64,000 nucleotides of DNA from Chloroflexota bacterium (GTDB taxonomy: Bacteria > Chloroflexota > Anaerolineae > UBA4142), in the NCBI GenBank assembly GCA_016223105.1, contig JACRPR010000040.1, positions 18,940-82,939 on the forward strand, written 5' to 3'. The translations under genes were made by a program, and so were the position numbers. Of the stretch, positions 51,985 through 61,012 are shown in pieces (position 1 is the stretch's first letter; each line of letters starts with the position of its first letter). Under the pieces are notes generated by a model. It worked only from the letters and a program-made list of their open reading frames with translations, searched no databases and was not told the origin of the DNA.

Positions 51985-54900
51985 TGCTTCTACACCAAAT
52001 ACGACGACAGAATCACCTGCCGCGCGCCGAGCGATTGCGCGGCTTGTTGCGCGCGCGCCTGCTGCAACTGGCTGCGCAGACGCTCCGCCGCCTCGGCGAG
52101 ACGCGCTTCGCTCGTCGGATCGTCGACGGTCGTCGGCGGTGAAACCGTGATAGCGGCGAAGCTCGCGCGCCTTGAGTCGTTTGAGAATGTACGCGTCGTT
52201 CGCGCCGCCGCGCGTTTTCGGCGTCGCGTCGTCTTGCTCCGTGCTGGTCGCCTGTTCGAACGCGTGTTTGTTCTTGGCAAGCAAATCGTAAAAATCCGGC
52301 GGAATGATTGCGCGCTTTTCATTCTGATCAGCGGGGCGCAATAATTTTGCCGCCGCGAAAAAATCCAACTCGCTCGGTTCGTCCACGCCCGGCGTCGCAA
52401 GATAAAATTTATCGAGCCGACCTTGACGGAGGTACGAAAGTAGCGCGGGCGGCTCGCCCGCTGGCAGGCGAGCCGCCTGCGCTACGTGCCGCGTTGATCG
52501 CGCCTTGAGCGGCAAACGTTTGATGCGCTTGAACAATTCCGCCTGCGTGTCGCGCACCGCGCGAATTTCGGTGAGATATTCCAGTTCGCTTTCTTCTGCG
52601 CCGTCTTCGCCGGTGAGCGTCTTTTTGGAATTGAGTTTCGCAAACAGGTCGAACGATTTGATCTCTTCGCCGTCGGTGAGCAGGCGCGCGTCCGCGCCCA
52701 GCATTTCGATGAACGATTCGATTTTCGCTTCCGCCGATTCTTTCAACTTGATTTGATTGTTGCTCTCTTCGGTCGGGAAAAAGTTGTACGTGTGAATCGT
52801 GTCAAAGGTCGTGTCCACGCGATTGACGCGCCCGACGCGTTGAATGAGCCGCGTCGGATTCCACGGAATGTCGTAATTGACGACGATGTTCGAGCGATGC
52901 AAGTTGACGCCTTCCGCCAACACTTCGGTCGCGACGAGAATGCGAAAATCGTCGCGCGGATGAAACGCGCGCGCGTCGAAATTGGCGATCACTTGTTTAC
53001 GCACCGCTTCATCCGAACTGCCGGTGTACAACAGCGTCTTGGGTTCGACCTCTTTGATCAAGCGTCCCGCGAGATAGTCCGCCGTCTCTTGCGATTCGGT
53101 AAAGATAATCACCTTGCCTTTTTTCAACGGCTTGCCGCGCGCGAACAATTCGCAAAACGCTTCCCATTTGGGATCGCGTTGGATCGGCGTCCACAGTGTT
53201 TCGATGCGGCGCAATAATTTCAGGTCGGCTTGCAAATCGCGAATGAACTCGGGCGCGAAATCGCGCGCGGCGAAACGTTCTGCTTTGCCCTCCGCCAAAA
53301 GATTTTCGACGGCTTGCTCGTCGCCTTGCTCCAGCCAATCGAAAAGTTTGTTCGCGTGTTTCTCGCTGATGTACACGTTGCCCTGGCGATACGCGGCGAT
53401 CACGCGCGCGTACGATTGGATAAAGCGCGCCAACGTTTTGCGAAATGCAAAGAAACTGCTCTCTAAACGTTTGACGATCAAAATCTTCATGAACTTGGCG
53501 AGGTTGCGCTGATGTTGCACCGCGCGCGCATCCTGGCGACCTTGATAGTACGCCATCGGTTGATAACGCGCGTAGGAAAATTTTTGCGTGAGCAGTTCGA
53601 TCGTTTCGTCGAACACGGCGTTCTCGGTCGGATTGAATTTATAGTACAACGCGATGGGATCGGCGACCTCCGGAAATTGCAAACCCTGTGCGCGCAAATC
53701 GGCGCCATAGTATGTGACGATCTCACTCCGCGTGCGGCGAATCATCAGATATTTCAGCACGCGCTCGCGCGTGAGCCGCGCGTTGTCTTGCACGGTTTGA
53801 AAATAGCGCGCGCGGTCGTGTTGGCGATCCAACCCTTTGAGCGCGCCGGCGAGTCCGCCGAAAAATCCTTGCAGGTTGCGAACGTTTGGAATCGTGCTGG
53901 TCTTGCTGTTCTGAAATAATTTGATCTGGCTCAAAATATCTTGGGGTGAATTGTTGAGCGGCGTCGCCGAAACCAGGATCACGCGCTTGCCGCGACAGAT
54001 CTGCGCGAGCATTTCGTACGATTGCGTGGACTCGGTGCGAAAGCGATGCGACTCGTCAATGAACACGTTCGCGTACTTGGCGGTGTCGCGTGCGAGCAGG
54101 TCGGACAATTTGCCGATGGATTCAAAATCGGTGTGCGGCACGCGAAAATCGCCGAACACGTTGACCCAAGAACCGCGATTGTCTTTGTCCAAAAGATGCG
54201 GCGGCGCGATCACGAGCGAGCGTCCATCGAGTTGTTGCGCGAGCAATGCCGCCATATATGTCTTGCCCAAGCCGACGACATCCGCGAGAAACACGCCGCC
54301 GTACTCTTCGAGAACTTTGCGCGCGCTCAACACGGCTTCTTCCTGGTATTTCAATCGCTTGAATCCGTCGGGGACGTACAAACCTTCCAACTCGGCGGGG
54401 CGATTCAACTCGCCGCGAAAATATTCGTACAGAAATTTCAAGTAGAGTTCGTACGGGGTGAAATGCGCGTACGGCGAACGCTGGTTGATCGTATCGGCGT
54501 ACGGTTTGCTCACGTCCACGGCGGTCGCCCACAGTTCGTTGAATTTCGCCAGCGCGAAATCATAATCCGCGCGCTGTTTCAACTCGACGTTAAATTCGAG
54601 CTGGTCTTGCAAGCCGGCTTGCGTGAGATTGCTCGACCCGGTAATAACGCGCCCGGCATCGCGGTCGCCTTCATTAAACGTCATAATGTACACTTTGGCG
54701 TGAAGGTTATGTTCGGGGATCGCTTTGATTTCGAGTTTGCCGTCGCGTAGCCACTCGACAAATTTGAGGACGCCGGTTTCAAGCGCGGCAGTGTCCGGCG
54801 CGTTCTCCAATTCGGCAAGCGCGGCGCGCGCGATCTGTTCTTGCGTCGCCGCGTGCGAGGCGAACGGCAATTCGCGTTGCGCGTTCTGGATCAAATCGTG

Positions 54901-55101
54901 CACGGAGCGATCGGTTTGCAAGCCAACCAAAATGCGAATCTTGGCGACGTTTTCCAACGACGGGTAGAGTTTGTAGAAACCGCTGATAAAAAAATACCCG
55001 ACAAGACAATCGAATTGGCGCGTGTCGGCGCGGAGCAAATCCGCGAACCGTTCGCGCAAGGTCTTGCCGGGTTCGTTCGTGAGAAAGGTGAGATCGGACA
55101 T
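51961..55101 (-). CDS. PLD-nuclease-domain / SNF2-family helicase fusion protein
   Basis: The N-terminal HKD motif is 'HAKVYIM...GSSNLTQAGL'. Helicase motifs are 'LADVVGLGKT', 'FIDESHRFR', 'LVSATPLNN', 'ATEVLAEGVNL' and 'WNPTRLIQRVGRVNR'. RBS AAGGA. The last ~55 codons look out of frame; the alternative frame ends at 51990. Confidence 0.85.
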   Translation of the reverse strand: MSDLTFLTNEPGKTLRERFADLLRADTRQFDCLVGYFFISGFYKLYPSLENVAKIRILVGLQTDRSVHDLIQNAQRELPFASHAATQEQIARAALAELENAPDTAALETGVLKFVEWLRDGKLEIKAIPEHNLHAKVYIMTFNEGDRDAGRVITGSSNLTQAGLQDQLEFNVELKQRADYDFALAKFNELWATAVDVSKPYADTINQRSPYAHFTPYELYLKFLYEYFRGELNRPAELEGLYVPDGFKRLKYQEEAVLSARKVLEEYGGVFLADVVGLGKTYMAALLAQQLDGRSLVIAPPHLLDKDNRGSWVNVFGDFRVPHTDFESIGKLSDLLARDTAKYANVFIDESHRFRTESTQSYEMLAQICRGKRVILVSATPLNNSPQDILSQIKLFQNSKTSTIPNVRNLQGFFGGLAGALKGLDRQHDRARYFQTVQDNARLTRERVLKYLMIRRTRSEIVTYYGADLRAQGLQFPEVADPIALYYKFNPTENAVFDETIELLTQKFSYARYQPMAYYQGRQDARAVQHQRNLAKFMKILIVKRLESSFFAFRKTLARFIQSYARVIAAYRQGNVYISEKHANKLFDWLEQGDEQAVENLLAEGKAERFAARDFAPEFIRDLQADLKLLRRIETLWTPIQRDPKWEAFCELFARGKPLKKGKVIIFTESQETADYLAGRLIKEVEPKTLLYTGSSDEAVRKQVIANFDARAFHPRDDFRILVATEVLAEGVNLHRSNIVVNYDIPWNPTRLIQRVGRVNRVDTTFDTIHTYNFFPTEESNNQIKLKESAEAKIESFIEMLGADARLLTDGEEIKSFDLFAKLNSKKTLTGEDGAEESELEYLTEIRAVRDTQAELFKRIKRLPLKARSTRHVAQAARLPAGEPPALLSYLRQGRLDKFYLATPGVDEPSELDFFAAAKLLRPADQNEKRAIIPPDFYDLLAKNKHAFEQATSTEQDDATPKTRGGANDAYILKRLKARELRRYHGFTADDRRRSDERSASRRGGGASAQPVAAGARATSRAIARRAAGDSVVVFGVEADPKGFLA

Positions 55102-55184
55102 TTGCGATTTCCTTTTTGAAAAAACAAAAACCCGCTCTGGTGTTATACCAACGCGGGCGATACGATTTCCGCGCTCGATTCATT

Positions 55185-55287
55185 AGACATTATCGGAAAT
55201 AACGTGGCGCGGCTTTTCCAAGCCGCCGAATGCGGACTACGCTCTGCGAGCCCGCGCCACATCAATTCATTTATTTCCGATAAAGTC
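55185..55287. repeat. Family-B element, full copy with terminal inverted repeats (inverted)
   Basis: AGACATTATCGGAAATAA...core...TTATTTCCGATAAAGTC, 84 nt upstream of the helicase start. Confidence 0.85.
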
Positions 55288-55482
55288 TATTTTACAATAG
55301 AATCACGCGAGCGCAAAATGTCGAAATCCATATTTCTCGTAGAAACCTGGATTTTTACGCGCACCGCACCTCTTTATCAAATCCCGGCTCCCCAAAAATT
55401 TTTCCGTCAGCGACAACCGCGCGCCGCGCGCGCGACCATATCCGCAAACGCGTTTCAGCGTCATACAAATTGAGGGCGTATT

Positions 55483-56763
55483 ATGCGGATGGATGATTTG
55501 CCGGATTCGTTTGATCCCGATCTGGAAAAAATTCTGGGGCGTCTCGACGCGGTCCCTGCGCGCGATCCGCAAGCCGTCGCGCGCGGCAGAGCCGGTTTTC
55601 TCGCGCGCGCCGAACGCTTGCGCCCGCGCCCGCGTCCCAAAAATTTTTGGATGGCGTTAGGACACTGGCAATTTGCCGCGCTGAAAGTTGCGTGCGTCAT
55701 CCTGGGAATTATGTGTAGCGCGAGCGCGGCAAGCGTGTATGCCGCGCAAGATGCATTGCCCGACGAGCCGCTCTACGCGGTGAAAATTTGGAGCGAGGAT
55801 TTTCAACTCGCGCTGAGCGGCGATGTCGAAGCGCGCGCGAATTTATTTTTGGAACTCGCGAATCGGCGCGCGCGCGAAATGTCCGCGTTGAGCGCGCGCG
55901 GCGACGCGCCGACCGACGCGGTGCTGGCGCGTCGCCAAACGCAAATCGAACGCGCCTTGCAACTCGCCGCCGAGATGGACGAGCCGAGAATGACGCGCGT
56001 GTTGACGCACGCGCATCAAGCGCTCGCGCAACAATTGCAAACACTCGACGACGCGTCATCGCCGCCGCTTGAACGCGCGCGCGCGACGATTTCCCAGGAA
56101 TTAACCTTGACCGAACAGGGCTTGGATAATCTCGCGGGCTTTCGAACCTGGACGCGCGAGTGGCTCAAGCCGGGCGCGCCGTCGGTGTTGGATTGCGCGG
56201 CGGGCGATTTGGCTTGCCCAACGTTGCCGCCGATTCCAACACGCGTACTGACCAGCACCGCGATCCCGCGCGCAACCGATGCGCCGACACCGCGCATTAT
56301 TCCGGCGACGCAACCGCCCACACTCATACCGCCGCCGCCAACTAGCGTAACGCGTCAGACGCCGGAACCGGCGGCAACGCCTTCGCCGGTTCCGCCGCCG
56401 ACCGCGATTCCGACAACAATTTTGCCGACCGCGTCGCGCGTGCCGACTGCGCGCGTTTCACCCACCGCGCCAACTTTTCCGACGATGCCGGTGTTCCCAA
56501 CAATGCCGGTTTTTCCAACTCCGCCGACTTTTCCAACGATGCCGGTCTTTCCGACTCCGCCAATTTTTCCAACAATGCCGGTCTTTCCAACCGCGCCAAA
56601 CATTCCTACTGTTCCGAACGTTCGAACTGTTTTGCCAAACCCGACCGCAATTCAACTTCCGCAATGGACGCCGCCGCCACCACCGCCGATTCCACAGCCG
56701 CCCAAATTCACGACGCCGCCGGTCATTCCAACTCCTCCAACATTCGCGACCCCGCGCCGATAA
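55483..56763 (+). CDS. DUF5667-type membrane protein with Pro-rich repetitive C-terminus (anti-sigma-like)
   Basis: One transmembrane helix. 'DEPLYAVKIWSEDFQLAL' is a DUF5667-like helical region. The C-terminal half contains PT/PP repeats including 'PTMPVFPT' x4. Confidence 0.65.
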   Translation: MRMDDLPDSFDPDLEKILGRLDAVPARDPQAVARGRAGFLARAERLRPRPRPKNFWMALGHWQFAALKVACVILGIMCSASAASVYAAQDALPDEPLYAVKIWSEDFQLALSGDVEARANLFLELANRRAREMSALSARGDAPTDAVLARRQTQIERALQLAAEMDEPRMTRVLTHAHQALAQQLQTLDDASSPPLERARATISQELTLTEQGLDNLAGFRTWTREWLKPGAPSVLDCAAGDLACPTLPPIPTRVLTSTAIPRATDAPTPRIIPATQPPTLIPPPPTSVTRQTPEPAATPSPVPPPTAIPTTILPTASRVPTARVSPTAPTFPTMPVFPTMPVFPTPPTFPTMPVFPTPPIFPTMPVFPTAPNIPTVPNVRTVLPNPTAIQLPQWTPPPPPPIPQPPKFTTPPVIPTPPTFATPRR

Positions 56764-56800
56764 AATCGTAACGCGAAAAAAATCGGTGACTGTTCAATCT

Positions 56801-56860
56801 GTCATGCTGAGCGAAGCGAAGCATCGCGCGCGGTCGCGCGCGAGACCCTTCGCTTCGCGC
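56801..56860. repeat. Family-A element, copy 7 (variant, truncated)
   Basis: GTCATGCTGAGCGAAGCGAAGCATCGCGCG...GAGACCCTTCGCTTCGCGC. The right terminus is missing. Confidence 0.6.
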
Positions 56861-56885
56861 GCCACGTTGAATCGCGTTGCGCGCG

Positions 56886-56921
56886 AAAAAACAGAGGGAT
56901 GGTTCTTCAACCATCCCTCTG
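56886..56921 (-). terminator. Rho-independent terminator
   Basis: Minus strand reads CAGAGGGATGGTTGAAGAACCATCCCTCTGTTTTTT, 40 nt downstream of the stop at 56961. Confidence 0.85.
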
Positions 56922-56960
56922 CAAACATATCGCTGGCACTGTTACCGCAACACCTGGGAA

Positions 56961-58034
56961 TTATTTCCCTCCCATCGCGCCGGATTGTCCGAACGGCGCG
57001 TTGCTATTTCCGCTCGTTCCGCGGATGACGATCTGCGCCGCGGTGATGCTTCCATTCGTTTGCAAATACCCTTTCACTTCGACGATGGAACCCACGCGCG
57101 CAGGACCATTCACGATTTGGGTTTGCAGGGTAACATTCACTTGGCGTCCACTCACGATCCACGTTCCGACCGTACCCGAACCGGGCAACGTTTGGACGAC
57201 GCCGTAGAATTTGATGTACTTGTTCGTGGGCGGCGGCGGCGGCGCGGCGCGCACAATGATTTCGGTTGCATTCACCGAGCCGTTCGTTTGCAGTACGCCT
57301 TTCACTTGAACGAACGCGCCGACCTGGGCTGTTGCGCGACTCTCATCAACTGTGGTCGCGGCAGAAACGTTCACCTTGATTCCACTCACATTCCACTCGC
57401 CAATCAAACCACCGCTCGGCAAACTTTCAATCTTGCCCATAAACGTTACCGGTTTGCCGACGCCTTGCGGAATGAATACGACGCTCACCAGAGTCGCGTC
57501 AACCGAGTTGTCACTTTTGAGTGTGCCTTCGACTTTGATGAACGCGCCGACGACGACCTTGCCTTTGGTTTCGTCAATCGTCGTGGTGCTGGCAACGTGA
57601 ATCGTTACCACTTGATTCACCGGCACTTGGACGGTCCAATCGCCGACCAGGTTTGCGGAACCCGGCAACGTTTTCACAACGCCAAAAAGTTTCACCTTGT
57701 CGCCGACGCCCGCGACGACATCAATGTACGTCCCGTCCACTGAACCGTCCGCGAGGGGCCACCCTTGCACGGCAACGAGCGCGCCGACCGCGACCGCGCC
57801 GCGCGCTTGATTGATGAATGTGCCCGCCGTAACGTGAACAATCGTATTGTTCACGCGCCAATCGCCGATAAAGCCGGGCGTGTTCGGCAATGTGTTGATG
57901 ACGCCAAAGAAATAAGTGCCGACGCGCCACTCGTCATCCGCCACGGCGACTTGAGTTGGAGCCGCACCGAACGCGATCGCGCACAGGAGCAAAAGCATCA
58001 CGCTCAACCAGCGAATGTTTAAAAATGTTTTCAT
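56961..58034 (-). CDS. Secreted protein with about 5 tandem DUF5666-like repeats
   Basis: It has a signal peptide. A ~70-aa unit recurs about 5 times: 'G.V..LP....G.W.V.G..V.V...T.I.......G..V.V.G.....GS..A..I'. RBS GAGGAGG. Confidence 0.75.
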   Translation of the reverse strand: MKTFLNIRWLSVMLLLLCAIAFGAAPTQVAVADDEWRVGTYFFGVINTLPNTPGFIGDWRVNNTIVHVTAGTFINQARGAVAVGALVAVQGWPLADGSVDGTYIDVVAGVGDKVKLFGVVKTLPGSANLVGDWTVQVPVNQVVTIHVASTTTIDETKGKVVVGAFIKVEGTLKSDNSVDATLVSVVFIPQGVGKPVTFMGKIESLPSGGLIGEWNVSGIKVNVSAATTVDESRATAQVGAFVQVKGVLQTNGSVNATEIIVRAAPPPPPTNKYIKFYGVVQTLPGSGTVGTWIVSGRQVNVTLQTQIVNGPARVGSIVEVKGYLQTNGSITAAQIVIRGTSGNSNAPFGQSGAMGGK

Positions 58035-58125
58035 CGCTCAACCTCCTCTTGAAACCAGACCACGCGCGCAAGCGCATCTACTCACTTGTTATGACGCCAA
58101 AGCATGCGCTTGGATACGCGGCGTT

Positions 58126-58851
58126 TTATTGAACGCTGAACCGGATCGCGTGTTGCAGAATGTTATTCGTAAAAATGTCCACGCGATACAAACCGGCAAT
58201 TGGAATCGGACCGTGCGTGAAATCCACGAACACTTCGCCGGCTTCGGTGATCCATTCGATTGGGGTCGCGAGCAGGGTGTTGGGTGGTGCGGCAGTGCCA
58301 ACGTCAACCGTGAACCACGCGGCTTTGAGGATGGTTTGCGCCGGCGCATTTTGCAATGCCACAATCGCGTGCACAACCGCGTTGCGCGAAAATGTTGTCG
58401 TCGGATTGATCGGCGCGCCGGTGCCCAAGTCCACGCCGATTGCGGTAACAACATTTTTGATCACGCTCGGCGGTTTCGTCGCGGATGCAGTTGGGGTTGG
58501 TGTTGGCGCAAGACGCGTGGCAGTTGGCGTCGTGGTGCGCGTCGCGGTTGGATTTGGGCGCGGCGTGAGCGTTGCCGTGCGCGTGGCAATCGGCGTCCCG
58601 GTTTTCGTCGGCGTGTTCGATGCTCGCGGCGTTGCGGTGCTTGCGCGCGCAATCGTCGCGCCAGGTTGCGTTGGCGGAACCAACGTGCTGGTCGCGATCA
58701 ACGCGATGGCAGTTGGCGCCGCGGTGATGGTCTCCGCTTCAGCCGGCTCCTCTACGATTTCTTCCGGCGCGATGTCGCCACGCGCGAACGTTTGACACGA
58801 TAGCGCGAGAATGATCAATCCAATGAGCGGCAGATAGGATCCGCGGCGCAT
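58126..58851 (-). CDS. Lipoprotein with Thr/Pro-rich linker and C-terminal beta-rich domain
   Basis: ATG at 58851. Signal with lipobox 'LALSC'. Linker of the form 'TATPRASNTPTKTGTPIATRTATLTPRPNPTATRTTTPT'. Confidence 0.65.
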   Translation of the reverse strand: MRRGSYLPLIGLIILALSCQTFARGDIAPEEIVEEPAEAETITAAPTAIALIATSTLVPPTQPGATIARASTATPRASNTPTKTGTPIATRTATLTPRPNPTATRTTTPTATRLAPTPTPTASATKPPSVIKNVVTAIGVDLGTGAPINPTTTFSRNAVVHAIVALQNAPAQTILKAAWFTVDVGTAAPPNTLLATPIEWITEAGEVFVDFTHGPIPIAGLYRVDIFTNNILQHAIRFSVQ

Positions 58852-58868
58852 AACATTCCCCCAACTGA

Positions 58869-60038
58869 TTAATAACACGCGATGACGTTCACATCGTCAA
58901 TAAAGAAACTGGTTTCATCGCTTCCATCAGTGGTCGCGGAAAAAACAATGCGAATCGTTTGTCCGGCAAAAGCCGGTGAAACTGGGATCACCAATTCCGC
59001 CCACGCCGAATTCACATCGCCATCGTAGAAGGTGTATAACGTTTGAAGCACGGTTCCATTCGCATCGGTGATCTGCACATCGAGCCAGTCGTTGATGAAC
59101 GGCATACTCTCGCTCGTGGTCACGCGCCACCAAAAGCGCACTTGCAAACTCCACGCGCTTGCCGGCACGGTGAACGTTTGCCACACACTTTCTTGCACAA
59201 CATTGTCGCCGCCGAGCCACGCTTTCCACGAGCCGCTGTGCGCGGGCGTCGGAAATGGAATCGCCGAGTTGTCGAGAATTTCGCTGAACTTGTTACTGCT
59301 CGTTTGCCAATACGCGTTCGGTAAACCGGCTTCGAAACTACTGTCGCTAATCAGTTGAATCGGACTACAAATCGGTGTATTGGTCGGCGTCGGTGTATTC
59401 GTCGGCGTGTGCGTCGCAGTGCTTGTGGATGTTGGTGTATTCGTCGGCGTGTGCGTCGCGGTGTTTGTGGATGTTGGTGTGTGCGTTGGCGTGTGAGTCG
59501 CGGTGTTTGTGGATGTCGGTGTATTTGTTGGCGTGTGCGTCGCGGTGTTTGTGGATGTTGGTGTATTTGTTGGCGTGTGCGTCGCGGTGCTTGTGGATGT
59601 CGGTGTATTTGTTGGCGTGTGCGTCGCGGTGTTTGTGGATGTCGGTGTGTGTGTTAGCGTGATCGTTCCAGTGCTCGTAGATGTTGGTGTGTTGGTTGCT
59701 GTGCTTGTCGCGGTATTTGTTGATGTTGATGTATTCGTCGCGGTATTTGTTGATGTTGATGTATTCGTCGCGGTACTTGTTGATGTTGATGTATTCGTCG
59801 CCGTACTCGTTGGTGTGCGCGTGGATGTCGCGGTGCTTGTCCGGGTTGGTGATGGCGTGGGTGAGACGGTGGGTTGAGAAATGAGCGTTACGTTCACCTG
59901 GATCGCGGGAAGGAAAATGAGATAGGTAGGTTCTGCCGCGTGCGCGATTTGAATCGGGGCGCGAAGCGATTGCAGGATCAATCCAGCGATGGATAAAGTG
60001 ACGTAAATAAAAATCAGATACCAGAAGAAACGACGCAT
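58869..60038 (-). CDS. Membrane-anchored or secreted protein with long Thr/Pro/Asn tandem repeats and a C-terminal jelly-roll-like domain
   Basis: N-terminal hydrophobic helix. About 190 aa of '[14 protein letters not shown]'-type repeats. A non-repetitive C-terminal domain of about 165 aa follows. Confidence 0.7.
   Translation of the reverse strand: MRRFFWYLIFIYVTLSIAGLILQSLRAPIQIAHAAEPTYLIFLPAIQVNVTLISQPTVSPTPSPTRTSTATSTRTPTSTATNTSTSTSTATNTSTSTNTATNTSTSTNTATSTATNTPTSTSTGTITLTHTPTSTNTATHTPTNTPTSTSTATHTPTNTPTSTNTATHTPTNTPTSTNTATHTPTHTPTSTNTATHTPTNTPTSTSTATHTPTNTPTPTNTPICSPIQLISDSSFEAGLPNAYWQTSSNKFSEILDNSAIPFPTPAHSGSWKAWLGGDNVVQESVWQTFTVPASAWSLQVRFWWRVTTSESMPFINDWLDVQITDANGTVLQTLYTFYDGDVNSAWAELVIPVSPAFAGQTIRIVFSATTDGSDETSFFIDDVNVIACY
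59380..59870. repeat. Coding tandem repeat (about 42-bp period, degenerating to shorter periods)
   Basis: The plus strand repeats GTGGATGTTGGTGTATTCGTCGGCGTGTGCGTCGC(A/G)GTG(C/T)TT many times. This corresponds to the Thr/Pro/Asn repeats of CDS 58869..60038. Confidence 0.9.
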
Positions 60039-60054
60039 GGTTTCTCCTTAGAAA

Positions 60055-60135
60055 GTGTTTTGAAATTGACTGTGGTGCGGCTTTTCCAAGCCGCCGATGC
60101 GGGCTGGAAAGCCCGCGCCACGAATTTCAAAACAC
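60055..60135. repeat. Family-B element with a different pair of terminal inverted repeats
   Basis: GTGTTTTGAAATT...core...GAATTTCAAAACAC. The left-arm word GTTTTGAAATTC also precedes copy 1 at 216-228. Confidence 0.8.
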
Positions 60136-60176
60136 TCTCTTTCGACTGGTCAGGTCGTAAGCGTTCAGCCCCATCC

Positions 60177-60275
60177 GTCATTGCGAGCGGTTTTTGCGAA
60201 GCAATCCCCGACTTGGTCGATCCGGACTTGCAACGCGGAGATTGCTTCGTCGCAAAAACCGCTCCTCGCAATGAC
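60177..60275. repeat. Family-A palindromic element, copy 8 (long form)
   Basis: GTCATTGCGAGCGGTTTTTGCGAAGCAATCCCC...GGAGATTGCTTCGTCGCAAAAACCGCTCCTCGCAATGAC. Confidence 0.9.
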
Positions 60276-60296
60276 ACCTGAACGGTTACGTCAGGT

Positions 60297-60854
60297 CTAA
60301 TGTTCTTGCAACATCTTTCGCAGAGCGATCACGGCGCGATGTTGCAACGCCTTGATCGCGCCGGGCGGTTTGTCCAATGCCAGCGCGATTTCGTTCGTCT
60401 CCCAGCCCTCGTAAAAACGCAATAGCACCACTTGACGCTGATCGCTCGTCAAGTGCATCAACGCGTTTCGCACTAACGTTTGGTCATCGTGATCGGCGAT
60501 CACTTGATCGAGATCGAGCGCGGCTTCATCCGCGCGCGCGGCGTCCAGCGCGAGGCACGGCGGCGTCGGTCGTCGCCAGCGATCGGTGATCCAATTGTGC
60601 GCGACCCGGTAAAGATAGGCGCGTAAATGATCGTGTGGTCCTCCGCCGTTATGCACCACACACAACAAACGATTGAACACTTCGGCGACACATTCTTCCG
60701 CTTGATCGGCATTGCCTAACAAGCGCCTGGCATAGCGGTACAATTCCAAATTGTAGTGATCATAGATTTCCGCCAGGGCTTGCCGATCAAATTGACGCGC
60801 CCGTCGCATAATCTCCTGTTCAGAATTCACTGCCGCTGTCCATTCGCGAGCCAT
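60297..60854 (-). CDS. ECF-type RNA polymerase sigma-70 factor
   Basis: Region 2 ('ALAEIYDHYNLELYRYARRLL...AEECVAEVF') and region 4 ('LTSDQRQVVLLRFYEGWETNEIALALDKPPGAIKALQHRA'). Confidence 0.85.
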   Translation of the reverse strand: MAREWTAAVNSEQEIMRRARQFDRQALAEIYDHYNLELYRYARRLLGNADQAEECVAEVFNRLLCVVHNGGGPHDHLRAYLYRVAHNWITDRWRRPTPPCLALDAARADEAALDLDQVIADHDDQTLVRNALMHLTSDQRQVVLLRFYEGWETNEIALALDKPPGAIKALQHRAVIALRKMLQEH

Positions 60855-61012
60855 TCATCCGAACGACTCGCCTCCACCTCGCCCGCGCGGTCGAACAAGC
60901 CAGTCCAAGCGCGCGCGCGTTCATCGCGTCGAAACGTGAACTGGCTGGTCGAATTTTTGTTCGCGCCCCGCGCGATGATGTAGCCGACGGACGCCGTTCT
61001 GTCGGGATCGGA

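Noticed and set aside
50273-54750. Plus-strand ORFs 50273..51898 and 54022..54750, opposite the methyltransferase and helicase genes.
   Set aside because: Same shadow-ORF reasoning. The minus-strand genes contain complete ordered MTase and SNF2 motif sets.
55290-55482. A possible remnant of an ECF sigma factor gene upstream of the DUF5667 gene (ORF 55204..55473).
   Set aside because: The translation shows no region 2 or region 4 sigma motifs. The ORF begins inside a family-B repeat, so it is probably non-coding.
59380-59870. A regular array of about 42-bp repeats as a possible CRISPR array.
   Set aside because: The repeats are contiguous, with no unique spacers. They lie entirely within a coding frame translating to Thr/Pro/Asn repeats, and no cas genes are nearby.
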